Below the pieces are notes generated by a model. The model was not told the DNA's origin. It saw only the letters and a list, made by a program, of their open reading frames with translations, and did not search any database. Shown in pieces: positions 39,758 through 52,132 of a stretch of 64,000 nucleotides of DNA. Origin of the DNA: Antedon mediterranea (lineage: Eukaryota > Animalia > Echinodermata); the NCBI RefSeq assembly GCF_964355755.1, contig NC_092677.1, forward strand, positions 3,432,101 through 3,496,100, read 5' to 3'. Every line of letters starts with the position of its first letter. The stretch's first letter is position 1. A program made the position numbers and the translations under genes.

Positions 39758-42700
39758 TTATGATTTTTCTTCACGCCCTGAATTAAAATAAAATTGAAAT
39801 ATTGTGTTACTAGTCTAGTAGTCTTAAAGGACCACTTTCGTTCGTGGCTGGATGTAGAGAGGAGGACTAAAATAATAATATTCTTTATCTAAGTATTACG
39901 TCACAAATGTGCGCAACGATTTCGATAACAAAAATACACGAACAGGAGAGAAAGAAATTTAATAAGTATTCTCAGCCGTGCGTTGCCAGTAGTACAAGCC
40001 TTTACCCATTTATTCGCACTTGTTAGATATTTTTAATTATTTATTATAGGCCTACTATTAGTTCCTTGCGGCTATGAGCGCCCCGGAGCCGTTACAAGGG
40101 CTCTCCTGAGCATGCAGCGCCCAGAGGAAAAAACAGGCATTCAAATATGTCGAAAAAGGCTAAAAACGCCCGAGGCCTACAGCGTCGGTGGGCCACTTGG
40201 ATTCTTAAATCAGAGGCATCAGGCCTCTGCGTTAAGCCACTGCTTAATTTCTTAAAACTTTAGTAGGCCTACACAACATTTAACAAGGAGCGAATTAAAT
40301 CAGAGTGTAGGCTTAACTTTCTCTACTCTTTACCGTTCGTCTTTACATTGAACTGCCGATTTATTTTGCTTAATAATTTCGAGATAATTAAAGGCTTACC
40401 ATTGTGAGTTTTCTTGTGGCTTCGTAAGTTACAAGCCAGAGCGAACTTCTTGTTGCAGACATGACATTCATGTGGACGCTCACCTGGTTTAGTGAATTGA
40501 AACAAAATATTTAAAGTTTTTTTAATAGCGCCACCAATGTTTGGTTAAGAAATAAAACTTTTTTTGGTTATAGGTTTAATTTGTATCACAGAGAAGTAGA
40601 CGTCACAAATTCGTAACACGAAGATTGACCCCATGATGGAGTCGAAACATCGTTAAATTTTTTAAAAACTTTATTTCTATATTAATTAAGAAGAATATTA
40701 TGATGATTGTCTGGTTGGCAATTAAAAAAAAGTTCTTTTAAACGCACTGCCACGTCACGTGTTTTATTTTCCCATAGTTCATTAGCACTTAGCAGTATTT
40801 TGTATCCAACGTGGCTACGTACCCGTATGTAACATCAAATGGTTTTTCAAGTTGGTATATTTGCTAAATCCGCGTTCACACACGTAGCACTTGTAAGGCC
40901 AGTATCCGTTGTGTACGTACATGTGACTCTTGAGGTCACCGGGGGTCGGGAACGACTTGGAACACATGGAACATTTGTGAGGCTTTACCTATAGAATAAC
41001 AATTTCAAGAAATGAATACTGATGATGACGTCAATGGAAATGGTTAAAAATAGAAAAAGACACATCCCAAAGCGCTAGGACACGCACAGGAAGTTGTTGT
41101 GGCTTTTAAGCTTGGCTCCTATTTGTAGTAAAATTGACCAATCACAAGCGACGAAAGGTAAGATAATCGATCGCGACGACGTGATTGGTCAAATGTCTTG
41201 CGTTGCGCGTAAGTCCTTGCAGAATTTCGTACCACCAATAGATCAGGATGCGCCTCCACAAAAAAAAAAGTTATGAAAAAGATCGACAGTTCACTGTACT
41301 GTAATGTACTCAAGACTTAAGCTTTGTCTACACTATCAATTCAAACGAGTTTAACAAAAAAAGTGTGATGTGCCCAAATATGTACCCAACACAAATACTT
41401 AGGTACTATAATTGACAACAAATTAAAATGGGAGTCAAACTCTCTCATGATTTCCAAGAAGGCATCTCAAAGGCTCTACTTTCTCAGAAAACTCAAGCAA
41501 ATTAGAGTTGATAACACTATTTTAATTCTATTTTATCAAAGTATTATTCAAAGTATTTTATCTTTTAGCATTGGATGTTTTTATGGTAACTTTACTGAAA
41601 ATGATAAGAAAAATATTGAGAGACCACGTAAAATTGCACAACGTATTATTAAAGCTGATCTTACGCCTTGTTCATTTATCTATGAAAAGAGTATTCTAAA
41701 AAAAGTAAACAATATTATGAAAGACCCCACTCATCCGTTACATTACTGTTATAACTTAAATAGATCAGGCATTAGGCTACGACCTCCAAGAGCAAATCTT
41801 TGTAGAACTAGAAAATCCTTCGTTGTAAATAGCATTCATATTTTTAATTCTAATGTAAGACGTTAATGCAATTTTTAATAGTTTTACATTTTTAACAGTA
41901 TTTTTAACTTTTTATCTTGTATTTTTAATCTGTTATAATACTGCACGTTTTTAAATTGTTGCAATATTGTTGTTTTAATCTACCAAGCAAAGTGAATTTC
42001 CATTTTTATGGACAAATAAAATTTCTTGAATCTTGAATCTATGGTACAGTAGTGATATGACGTCATCGTGTCGATATATAGGCACATCACGTTTTTGTCA
42101 CATGACATTTGATAGTATAGATAGAGCTAAGAAAAGAGCTGTAAGAAGACCATTCAAAATGGTAATGCTATTTGCATGTGTGCTCCATACCTTACTATGT
42201 GTCATCTTATGGTAGTAGAGATTGGAGCTAGCCGTGAATCGCTTGTTACATGTCAGGCAGACATGCGGCTTTTCACCCGAATGTATCCTACGATGGGTGT
42301 TCAGTGAACTCGACGTGCTGAAGGCCTTTAAACAAACATCACATACGTGTGGTTTCTCCCCTATCGAATAAAATAAAAATATTATATGTACTGGATATCA
42401 ATGGAATGTTCAATACTCAACAACGAAACGTTAGGATGATGAACTATAGGCCTAGATAAAATTATGATATTGGGAGGGCGTGCAATAGTAATAGTGTAGG
42501 TTTATGGCGCGCCATTTGATAACGTGATTTTGTTTAAAATAAACGTGTCGTTTTGGCGCGTGTTACAAATCAAACGTTAAAGGGTACATCCACGTATTTA
42601 AAATACGCAGGAGGAGAGAGAAGAGGAGACGTACGGATTCAATACGTTAGAATGGTGAAACTCTCCTATCTTTTGCATAATACACTAATTTCAGAAAGTT

Positions 42701-45700
42701 AGGGGGTGGTGAAAGTACGTATCAATAAATAAATAAATAAAGAATTGCGTGAAAACGAGAGATGTGATTTAGCTAGGCCTACCTGTGTGAGTTCGCATAT
42801 GCCTCCTCAGTAGGGATGGTCGGTCGAACGTTTTGCCGCATACATTGCACGGTAGCATTGGTTTCTTGCCTTGTTTAGATGTAGCGTCGGTTGTTGAAGG
42901 GTACGAGTTGGATAAGTACATGCACGTATTAGGCAAATATGATCCATTGTTAACTATAAAAAAACAACATATATACATCAGGCACAGAACATGTATTCTA
43001 AACCTCCCGGTAATATACTGAAATGTAATTAATTAATTTGAAACGATTAATATGAGGAAATTTGTGAAAATGAGAAAAAGTTGCCCAAAACGAGATTCGA
43101 ACCCGGAACCTTCCGCTTGATATGCAGATGTCCTGACCATTAGACCACTAGGGCTGTCATGGTCGTATTCAAACCCGATTGGATAGCGACTTTTCAAAAC
43201 TCTCGGCGTGGTTACGGCGGAACAGCACAAGATGATTGTACGTACACTAGTTATCATGACGTCATATTATTTCTAAAACATGTTAATTTGGCCTTACCTG
43301 TGCCTCCTCCTGTGGATGGTTGATTTGTGTCACGTGTTGCATCCGTTTTCAGTAAACTTTCTATGCTAAAGTCAGTAGATTCGAAGAAAACAATCAGTTC
43401 ACTACAGGGCGTTACGGGCTTCAGAACACTAAACACCGGATTCCCTAAACAATAAAAAAATACGGAATATTATAAATAACATCATCATGGTCTCTCTATA
43501 TATAGGTATATCACACTTTTTGTCACATAAAGTTTGATGGTGTAGACAGAGCTTAAGGTATTAAATGGTCACTCATTGCAACAAGCGTTCATTTAAGCTT
43601 GGTTCCCACTTACGTAAGAAGCGTACCGCAAGTAATTTGACCAATCACGACCCGATGGATCATTCGAACCGTTGCTTGCGATTGGTCAACTCACCTACGG
43701 ATACAGTGCGCCTACGTACGTCGATGTGTCTAAGTTGGAACTATGCTTAAATGAATGGTAATTTATAATCAATATAAACAAATATCTTTATGAACTAAAA
43801 TGAATTTACCTTTGACCTTTGACGCAATAACATTTGCATCTTGACGTCTGGAGGTTGACTGTATGAACCGGACCCAGTTACATCTACGAACCATCGAGTC
43901 ATCACTTGCTAGGAACACTTCAAAACTACCATAGCCATTACGTACCTATACGGGTAAATAGGAACATACACATAATAGAAATGTACGTACCTATACGGGT
44001 AAATAGGAACATACACATAATAGAAATGTACGTACCTATACGGGTAAATAGGAACATACACATAATAGAAATGTACGTACCTATACGGGTACATAGGAAC
44101 ATACACATAATAGAAATGTACGTACCTATACGGGTAAATAGGAACATACACATAATAGAAATGTACGTACCTATACGGGTAAATAGGAACATACACATAA
44201 TAGAAATGTACGTACCTATACGGGTAAATAGGAACATACACATAATAGAAATGTACGTACCTATACGGGTAAATAGGAACATACACATAATAGAAATGTA
44301 CGTACCTATACGGGTAAATAGGAACATACACATAATAGAAATGTACGTATCTACGGGTAAATAAAAACATAGGTCTACACCATAATTAGAAATGTACGAA
44401 TCTACGGATAAATAAAACATACACCATAATAGAAAATTACGAAACTACGGGTAAATCAAAACATAAGGCATGTTATCTCTAATAGTAAAACATCAATATT
44501 CTTTATAATGTTATGTATAGGTTCAATCGTTCAAACTAAGTTTTTACGAGGGTAGTCATGCGCAGAGTAGAGTTATCGCTAACATTGGTGGGTATAGGAA
44601 CCAACTTAACTCCGTATAAAAATATCGTCAAATCTTAAATTTTATTTATTTGAAAAAAGTTTAACAATTTGTTTTTATTTAAAAAAAGAAGTATTGAAAT
44701 CTTGATTGGAGATTTGTAGTGGTATTTTTGCACTCGCCATGATCCTGTCTATGGGAATTAAAATCAGTTGGGCCCGTAGATATTGGTAATTGGAGGCCTG
44801 AAGATGACAATTTAAACGGTAATATATCATATTTTGAAGTTAACCATAACGAACTTTTAACTATAAATTGATTGAAAATAAAGTGTGGTGTTTGAAGGTG
44901 AATTGATAAAATAAACGTTTCAATTGGGAGCTAGCTTTCAATTAATAGTTGAAATAGCCGTAAAGAGAAATATTTACAGTACGGTCGTTAAAACGCAATC
45001 TTAATCAATAGAAATCCACGTTATGTTTATAATCGTTCCGTGTTTTGTTTGTAAAATGCCGACTATAAATGTGTGAAGTATTGGTGAGATTTATGCGAGT
45101 TTAGGACTTTCATTGGCTTCACCCCGTGAACCAATCTACCCTGGTCAGTAAGCCACGACGTTTTGGATCATAAATCGACGACGGCGGGGACTTAAAATTA
45201 ACCACAGTTAGAGGGACACAACAAAACTTGATAGAAGATAGTAAACACAGTAATGCTGGTCGCACGCAACCTTCGGTTGCCCAGACTGTGATATAATAAA
45301 TAAAAGATTTTATACGATTTAATTGGTGTTGAAACTGACGACGGACGTAAGTGTGGACAAGTAAACTATGGGAATTGAAAAAGAGCAATAAAAAGGACAG
45401 ACGATGAAATTATGTCCAGTCCATCTTGTTTTTAAAAGTATATTGAAAACATTTGTATTGTGTATACGACACTTGTAGTTTAACACTTTAATACAATACT
45501 TTATATTCTGTTCAATATACATGAAATACATATGAAAAATTTAATATACAATAAGTTATAACATATACTTTCCCATTACACTTGACCGTAATGGTAATCT
45601 ACTATTTTATAGCAACACTTCAGCCGTTTCTCCACTGTATCTATTTCCGAAGTATCATAGAAATTTGCTAATACATAATCACATGTGTTTCACATGTATC

Positions 45701-48700
45701 TAGTAGTAAGTAACATTGCATATGTTACAGGCAGTAGGCCTACATGTGATACAAATGTTATACTGTGTTATAAAAAAATCACGATACTTTGGAAATAGGT
45801 ATGTGGAGATACAGCACTGGGAAATTTATATAACAAACAAACGTAGTCAAAATTCAGGATTCAGATGCCATTTTTGGGCACTATATTGGATCCAAGATGG
45901 CGGCTATTTTTAAAATCCTTCTTTATATGACCATCCCCGTCATTTTTATACTCCATCTGTATGGGGGGGGGGGGGGGTGAGTGCTAATATATATATCCAT
46001 GCAAATATGATGGAGAGATAGATACGATCAGTTCCTTTAAAGACTATAGTCACCTCATGGTTCAATGTATACGATTGTGCGTTGGTGATTTATCCGGTAT
46101 GACATGTTGTTTGAGTATACAAGCACCATATTTTAAGTTAAGTCGAAGACCAATTAGTAATGACAACAATAATGAAAATGTGACCAGAATCTGCCTACTA
46201 AACCTGCGATGTGCAATAATAGGATCGTGATTTACGCGTCCAACTATAAACAGATTATTGCGCCAAGTGCGCTCCATAGTGAAAGTATATTGCGTCCGAT
46301 GATGTTTTAAAATATATTTGATTTTGATAATTAAAAAAAAACTAAGAAATCAGATAAAAAGTATTTTATTTCATGGAGACTCATATGTTAACTAATTGTA
46401 TAATTGATTAAATGTTTTAATAGATTACAAGTTCGCAGTGATCTATTGTTAAATAAAAAAAACCCGAATTATTTGTGACTTTTATTTATTTTAAATTTAT
46501 AAATCTCCATGATTTAAAAATCGATACAATTGGAGATAGTCTATGCCTAATTTGATTAAATAACGAGACAATCCTGAAAAAAGGTTAATCAAATTAAAAT
46601 TAAATTCTTTAAACTTTTGTTCTTTTTAAAATACATTAGTTAAAATTATATAACTTTGCACACATTAATCGTCACCAGACAACATCAATAATAGTTTGAG
46701 CCTTGGGGATCATCAAATACCAACAACATTATTAACCATTATACGTGTGGTCCGCCATACCTAACCAGCTATTTATCAGATGTTACGTAATGGTTATCTA
46801 AACAGGTCATCGCCCTAGTTTGACAAGGAGTGAACAAGCTAATAAAGATCGTCTACAAGTAAGGTAACCATCACTCGATTACACACGACGAAAACGATTT
46901 GTGACGACTTAAAACGCCCAAAGGGACGGTGAATGGCCATTAATGTCGGGCCTACCCTTGTGCTCAGGGTATGGCACGAGGTGTGAACCCAATAGCGCCA
47001 TTCCAGATGTCACAATGATTTGATAATTGATAAGATGAATGGAACACAACAACAAAAGTTACTGCTAACTCCATGACTACCATGACCCTCCATGACCCCT
47101 TTCCCATGTTTTTAATTTCCATAAAAATGCTCTGGCCTTACTCCTTTATATTTCATATTACTTTTTAAAACAATTCAGATTTTAAGTTTTATTTAAATGG
47201 GCCTAATTAATAATTCAGCTGAAAGTGGGGGGAGAGTGACTTTTCGTATATTTAGGCGCTCGACGTGGATAGAAAAAAACTGTCAATATTATAAATTAAA
47301 TAACCCTAAAGAAGTAGGTCTATTTTACGATGTCATATCACTAATATGTTTGGGCATATTACTACCATAGTTGGGTACTGTCTACAAAAACAACATAGGT
47401 GAAATAAAACATGTGTGTAGCACAGTGAACCTGACCAACACATGACAGATGTTGCATTGTTTTACCAATCAGTGAGATTAGTGTTTACAAACATAGATAA
47501 AATTGTAACGTTAATGGTGTTTCCCAAAATATAATATGACCTATTGGATTTTTAGTTTTCAGTCAATTTTGAATTCAGGTACGTGGAGCACGAAGGTATA
47601 ACATTTGTTATTTACTCTTGTAGGCTATGTTGTTGCGACTGACCCGACTATCGACAATTGAGATTTTGTTTTACACGAGTTCTTTTTATGTACAGACCTT
47701 ATTATGATAACTGGAATGTTTATGCAGTGTTATTTCTAAAACCTGTCCTTTTATTAATTAATTCAATCAATTTGTTTTATTTTGGCACATTGGTTGAAAT
47801 AAAGCGTGATCAATTTAGACTAAACGATTGAATTTACATAATAAATGTTTTTTTTTTATTACTCGTGTGTTTAGTTAGGTGATTTTTTAAGAATTAAAGC
47901 TTAGTTTCAATTGGTATGATTCTTTAATACTCTTGTCTTCATTACTGTTTTCACCACTGATTCTTAGATTTAATATTTAGCCTAACCATGCAAGGAAGGC
48001 GGTTATAAAGAAAAAGAAAAGCGTATAGATAGATAATAATGTCAATATTATAAATAAACGTGCGGCCTTTTTCATTATTCACCGAAAAGCCGTTTTGCTG
48101 GTTTATTCACAGATCAAAGGCATGGTTTATTTGACTTTCACTGTATCAGTCGTAAGCCTACAGTACAAGAAAAAAAAGCTGCCTAGAATACTAAATAGAG
48201 ATTACAGGCGATTGTCGCCGCACAGGTGTACATCAATGGATGCGACAAAAGCAGGCCTAGCGAATAAACACAATTATTTGTTTGTTTATTTACCCAATCA
48301 TCAGACGATTAATTGAGCAGAGATATACAAGCCCAACACAACAATTGGACGATAATCTCCTGAGCCTAGCCAACTCGATTCCTCACTAAACAAAACAACT
48401 ACACACTTTTAATTCGTAAATAAACCATCAAAGTTAAAGCTTTTGTGTTCATGGTAAATAAACCTAATATTTTTTACAAACCAATTAAGTTTCTTTTAAA
48501 AATAGAAAATAATTCTTTGGAACAGATTTACAAAAAAAATATATAAATATAATAGGCAATTACATCTTATACCCCTTTTGTCAGGAAGAGAAAACATTTT
48601 ATTTATATTTTCATTATTATACATTTTAATTATCTATATTATAATTATATATTTATTTTTTTAAGGAAATAAAAATTCTAAATTGAATAGAATTGAAGAT

Positions 48701-49997
48701 GCGCATTACAAAATTCGATTGAATAAAATATACAACAAATACAAAAACAGTAGCTATAATGCAATAAATCTATTTACAGGAATAATCATCTATTTACACG
48801 ACTAATCAGCTATTTACACGAAATAATAATCTATTTACACGAATAATCAGCTATTTACACGAAATAATAATCTATTTACACGAATAATCAGCTATTTATC
48901 TTACGAATTATTTATCTTCTTTGTATAAATGACCGACAAACTGTTTGATGTTTTCTTGGCTAAAATAATTTGGCACCCAAATAATTTGATAGTATTTGAA
49001 TTGTTAAGTAAATAGGATAAGTTACATAGTTTAATATGAGATGTATGTAATTGTTTTAAAATTTATTTACAATATAACAAATAGTCGTATACAAATAACG
49101 AGCTTCAGTGCATGCATTTTAACCGGCAATGCAAAACTGTATTCATAACAAACAGGTATGCAACAATTATGTTATACTTCATGCTATTAACCACAGATAG
49201 GAAAGTTAAGGATGCTAAAACCGGCATTGCCTAATCCAGTATATTGGCCTAGTTAATATTGCACACTGCTTTTCCCACAGTACTGTCTGTAGGTAAATAC
49301 CAATGTTGTATGCCAAAAAGATGGTATACTATCCGGTATACTTAAACGTACATAATTTCTATTAACATTCAATAATAACTATAACTATTGTATCATGTGT
49401 AGGCCTCATAATATATTTCAAGTAAAGTAAATATTTGTAAAAATAGGGGGCCTAGAAGTATTTTGTCTTATTTTGACATAATTACGCTGATAATTAAAAT
49501 TTATTTTTAATAATTAAAAACTATTAATAACCACAATTAATTAAGTACTTAATCAACAATTCTTTTTATATAACAAAAATCATTGTACTATAACATAATA
49601 GTAACAATGAATATATATATATATATATTCAAATAAATGTTAAATTGTTTTTCGCTGCAACTTTGTAATACTTAACTTAAAAACAAAAAAATATAAAAGG
49701 TACAGTCAGTAATAATTAAATTTAAAGGCAACAAAAAAAGAGGAAATAACTTACGTCCATATGTTGAAGTAAATTAAAACATTTGAGTCGATGAAATACA
49801 GGAATACCATGCGAATGCTCTAGCACAGCACCAGGGTTGAGAGTCGTCACCGACCAGACGCCGTACTCCATCTCATCAAGCGGCGAGAACCTGCTAGTAG
49901 TTGGGGTAACAAAACGCGATGGGTAGTGGCTAGGGCACTCGGTAGCCTTGCTTGGTGCTATCACTAAACCCGGTGGTACAGTTACCCACGAATCCAT
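39758..49997 (-). CDS. PR/SET-domain C2H2 zinc-finger protein (PRDM-like), six fingers, ~378 aa
   Basis: Exons 49997-49755, 43945-43810, 43444-43298, 42953-42783, 42360-42191, 40988-40823, 40483-40400, 39777-39758, GT-AG and phase-consistent. PR-like segments YGVWSVTTLNPG and CNWVRFIQ...DANVIASKVKGNPVFSVLKPVTPCSELIVFF; fingers from CNVCGKTFDRPSLLRRHMRTH to CHVCNKKFALACNLRSHKKTH with TGEKP-type linkers. Confidence 0.88.
41386..42039 (+). mobile_element. 3' fragment of a Rex1/Babar-like LINE inserted into a family-A MITE
   Basis: KYLGTIIDNKLKW...KKASQRLYFLRKL...FYQSIIQSILSF...DPTHPLH (ORF 41447-41866), AATAAA plus (TCTTGAA)2 tail; flanked by TATGTAC / TATGGTAC; MITE halves 41320-41385 and 42040-42128. 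Confidence 0.85.
43082..43154 (-). tRNA. tRNA-like gene or pseudogene, anticodon ATC (nominally Asp), intronic
   Basis: GCCCTAG TG GTCT AATGGTCA GGAC A TCTGC ATATCAA GCGGA AGGTT CCGGG TTCGAAT CTCGT TTTGGGC A: 73-nt cloverleaf, A and B boxes, TTTTT 2 nt downstream; mismatches in acceptor and T stems. Confidence 0.6.
43939..44360. repeat. 45-bp minisatellite, ~9 units, overlapping a splice acceptor
   Basis: Unit GTACGTACCTATACGGGTAAATAGGAACATACACATAATAGAAAT; degenerate units continue to ~44465. Confidence 0.97.
45625..45812. mobile_element. Degenerate fold-back MITE
   Basis: TCTCCAC..TATCTATTTCCGAAGTATC pairs with GATACTTTGGAAATAGGTAT.GTGGAGA. Confidence 0.45.
48764..48910. repeat. 20/21-bp minisatellite, ~7 units
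   Basis: CTATTTACACGAATAATCAG / CTATTTACACGAAATAATAAT alternating. Confidence 0.85.
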
Positions 49998-51044
49998 CTC
50001 AAAACAGACTAACTTTATAAAAAAAACTTGTTGAAAACGTTGCAAAATAATTGTTAACACTGTTACAGAATTAGGACGATGACTTGTGACTTCAGAGACA
50101 GAATAAAAAACTTACTCCTAATACGTTACTTAAAGAATACTTTTTGGACTCCTCCATTTCTATAATGGGTAAATTTTGTATACCTATATTCGCGTGCATC
50201 TTTTCACATATTGTTATCAATCAAATTTAAATATAAACTTTATTGTAATATTATAATAAAAGTATGAGTACGTAAGTTACTTATTTATAATCTATTTTTT
50301 AAATAGGAAATAGGGAATTATTTCTTTACAAATTACACAGAAAACGGTTTTACCCTACGTTTTATTGGAACAATCCATGGAGTTGGTAATCTTTTTCAAG
50401 ATAAGTTGTGTCGGGATGTGTATTTCTGGCATCCCGCTTGCTTTACAGCACCTAATAAAAACTGGGGTTTGTAGCCTAGCAGGAGAACAAACAGACTGGA
50501 TCGACTCGACAGTGGCCTATTGTTCTGGTCGCCAGCTGGGCCTAGGTGCCTGGTGATAGATGCCAGAAGTTTTACTAATTACGATTAATTAAGCAGTCTT
50601 TACACATTATTTTAACATTATCACCTTTTTCGTTTCTTAAAAAATTGAAAGTTTTGGAGAAGCATGCGGTAAAACAATCACAATGTATATGCCTAACTCT
50701 TGTTAAACAGTTTTATAAAAAGTAAACGATTGTTAATATCCAGTGCATGGTTCTGTTTTAGCCGCTGTTATCTGTATGTAAAACTATTACAACTCATCCT
50801 ATCCTTAATAAAAGGGAATACGGGATTCTCATTATCTAACATTTATTACGATATATGTAAATAACACATATTCCCTTGCCATTGAAGAAGCCTAATATTT
50901 AATAAGAACGAATTGCGGCTGGAAATCAATTAGACTTAGAGACTCGATGATGCACACATACATACATTTTAATCTGAAAATACAGATGGTTTTTATCAGT
51001 GAATTTTTAATTCAATTCGGTCTCATATTCTTATTTGTAAGAAT

Positions 51045-51438
51045 AAGAATAATAAACTACAAAAAACGTAGCTTATCATATAGTGGTGCCAAGGTTTGGA
51101 ATGAGCTACATGAAGATATTAAAAATGTGAACTCTGTCTCTCTTTTTAAGAAACTGTTAACTGCTAATTTCATGTAGCTTTATTTAAATGTAGTGTATTA
51201 TTTAATTTTATAGTTAGTAAGTGTATCCTTGTTTCATTTTATTTCATTGTAATTGTTTTATTATCTGCTTTTGTTTTTTGCTTCTGTAATTGTTTTATTA
51301 TTTGATTTGATATCTGCTTTTTACATTTATTATTGTTGGTGTTTTCCTTAGAGCACGGTCTTACTGAAAAAACAACTTTTAGTTGAGTTAAGTATCCGTG
51401 ATTAAATAAAGCTTATTATTATTATTATTATTATTATT
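51045..51438 (+). mobile_element. 3' end of a CR1/L2-type LINE
   Basis: ORF2 C-terminus-like KRSLSYSGAKVWNELHEDIKNVNSVSLFKKLL*, 3' UTR CACGG...CCGTG stem, AATAAA and (ATT)n tail. Confidence 0.75.
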
Positions 51439-51616
51439 TCGCCATGCAAATCTTCCAAAAATATACATACAAAATGTGTAAATGAATAAACAGCAGTGGG
51501 ACACCCCAAAGGGAACACTAAAGCGTGGTTGCCACTAGCGACGCAACACAAGGACGTAACGCAACGCAAGTGAATTGACTAATCACAAGCGATGGCTTAT
51601 TCGGTTGTGATTGCTA

Positions 51617-52132
51617 ACTGTCTATAACTTCGCTTGTCATTGGTTAAAACGCTTGCGTTGCGTTTACGTCCTTGCGTTACGTTCTAGTGGGAACCAAGCT
51701 TTACTGTCTATAACTTCGCTTGTCATTGGTTAAAACGCTTGCGTTGCGTTTACGTCCTTGCGTTACGTTCTAGTGGGAACCAAGCTTTACTGTCTATAAC
51801 TTCGCTTGTCATTGGTTAAAACGCTTGCGTTGCGTTTACGTCCTTGCGTTACGTTCTAGTGGGAACCAAGCTTTACTGTCTATAACTTCGCTTGTCATTG
51901 GTTAAAACGCTTGCGTTGCGTTTACGTCCTTGCGTTACGTTCTAGTGGGAACCAAGCTTTACTGTCTATAACTTCGCTTGTCATTGGTTAAAACGCTTGC
52001 GTTGCGTTTACGTCCTTGCGTTACGTTCTAGTGGGAACCAAGCTTTACTGTCTATAACTTCGCTTGTCATTGGTTAAAACGCTTGCGTTGCGTTTACGTC
52101 CTTGCGTTACGTTCTAGTGGGAACCAAGCTTT
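51617..52132. repeat. 86-bp tandem array (6 units) made of the right half of MITE B
   Basis: Units start at 51617, 51703, 51789, 51875, 51961, 52047 and look identical; each ends GTGGGAACCAAGCTTT. Confidence 0.95.

Noticed and set aside
43906-44420. Three 150-160 aa repetitive ORFs
   Set aside because: Stop-free frames of the 45-bp array; the frame used by the host gene contains TAG in each unit.
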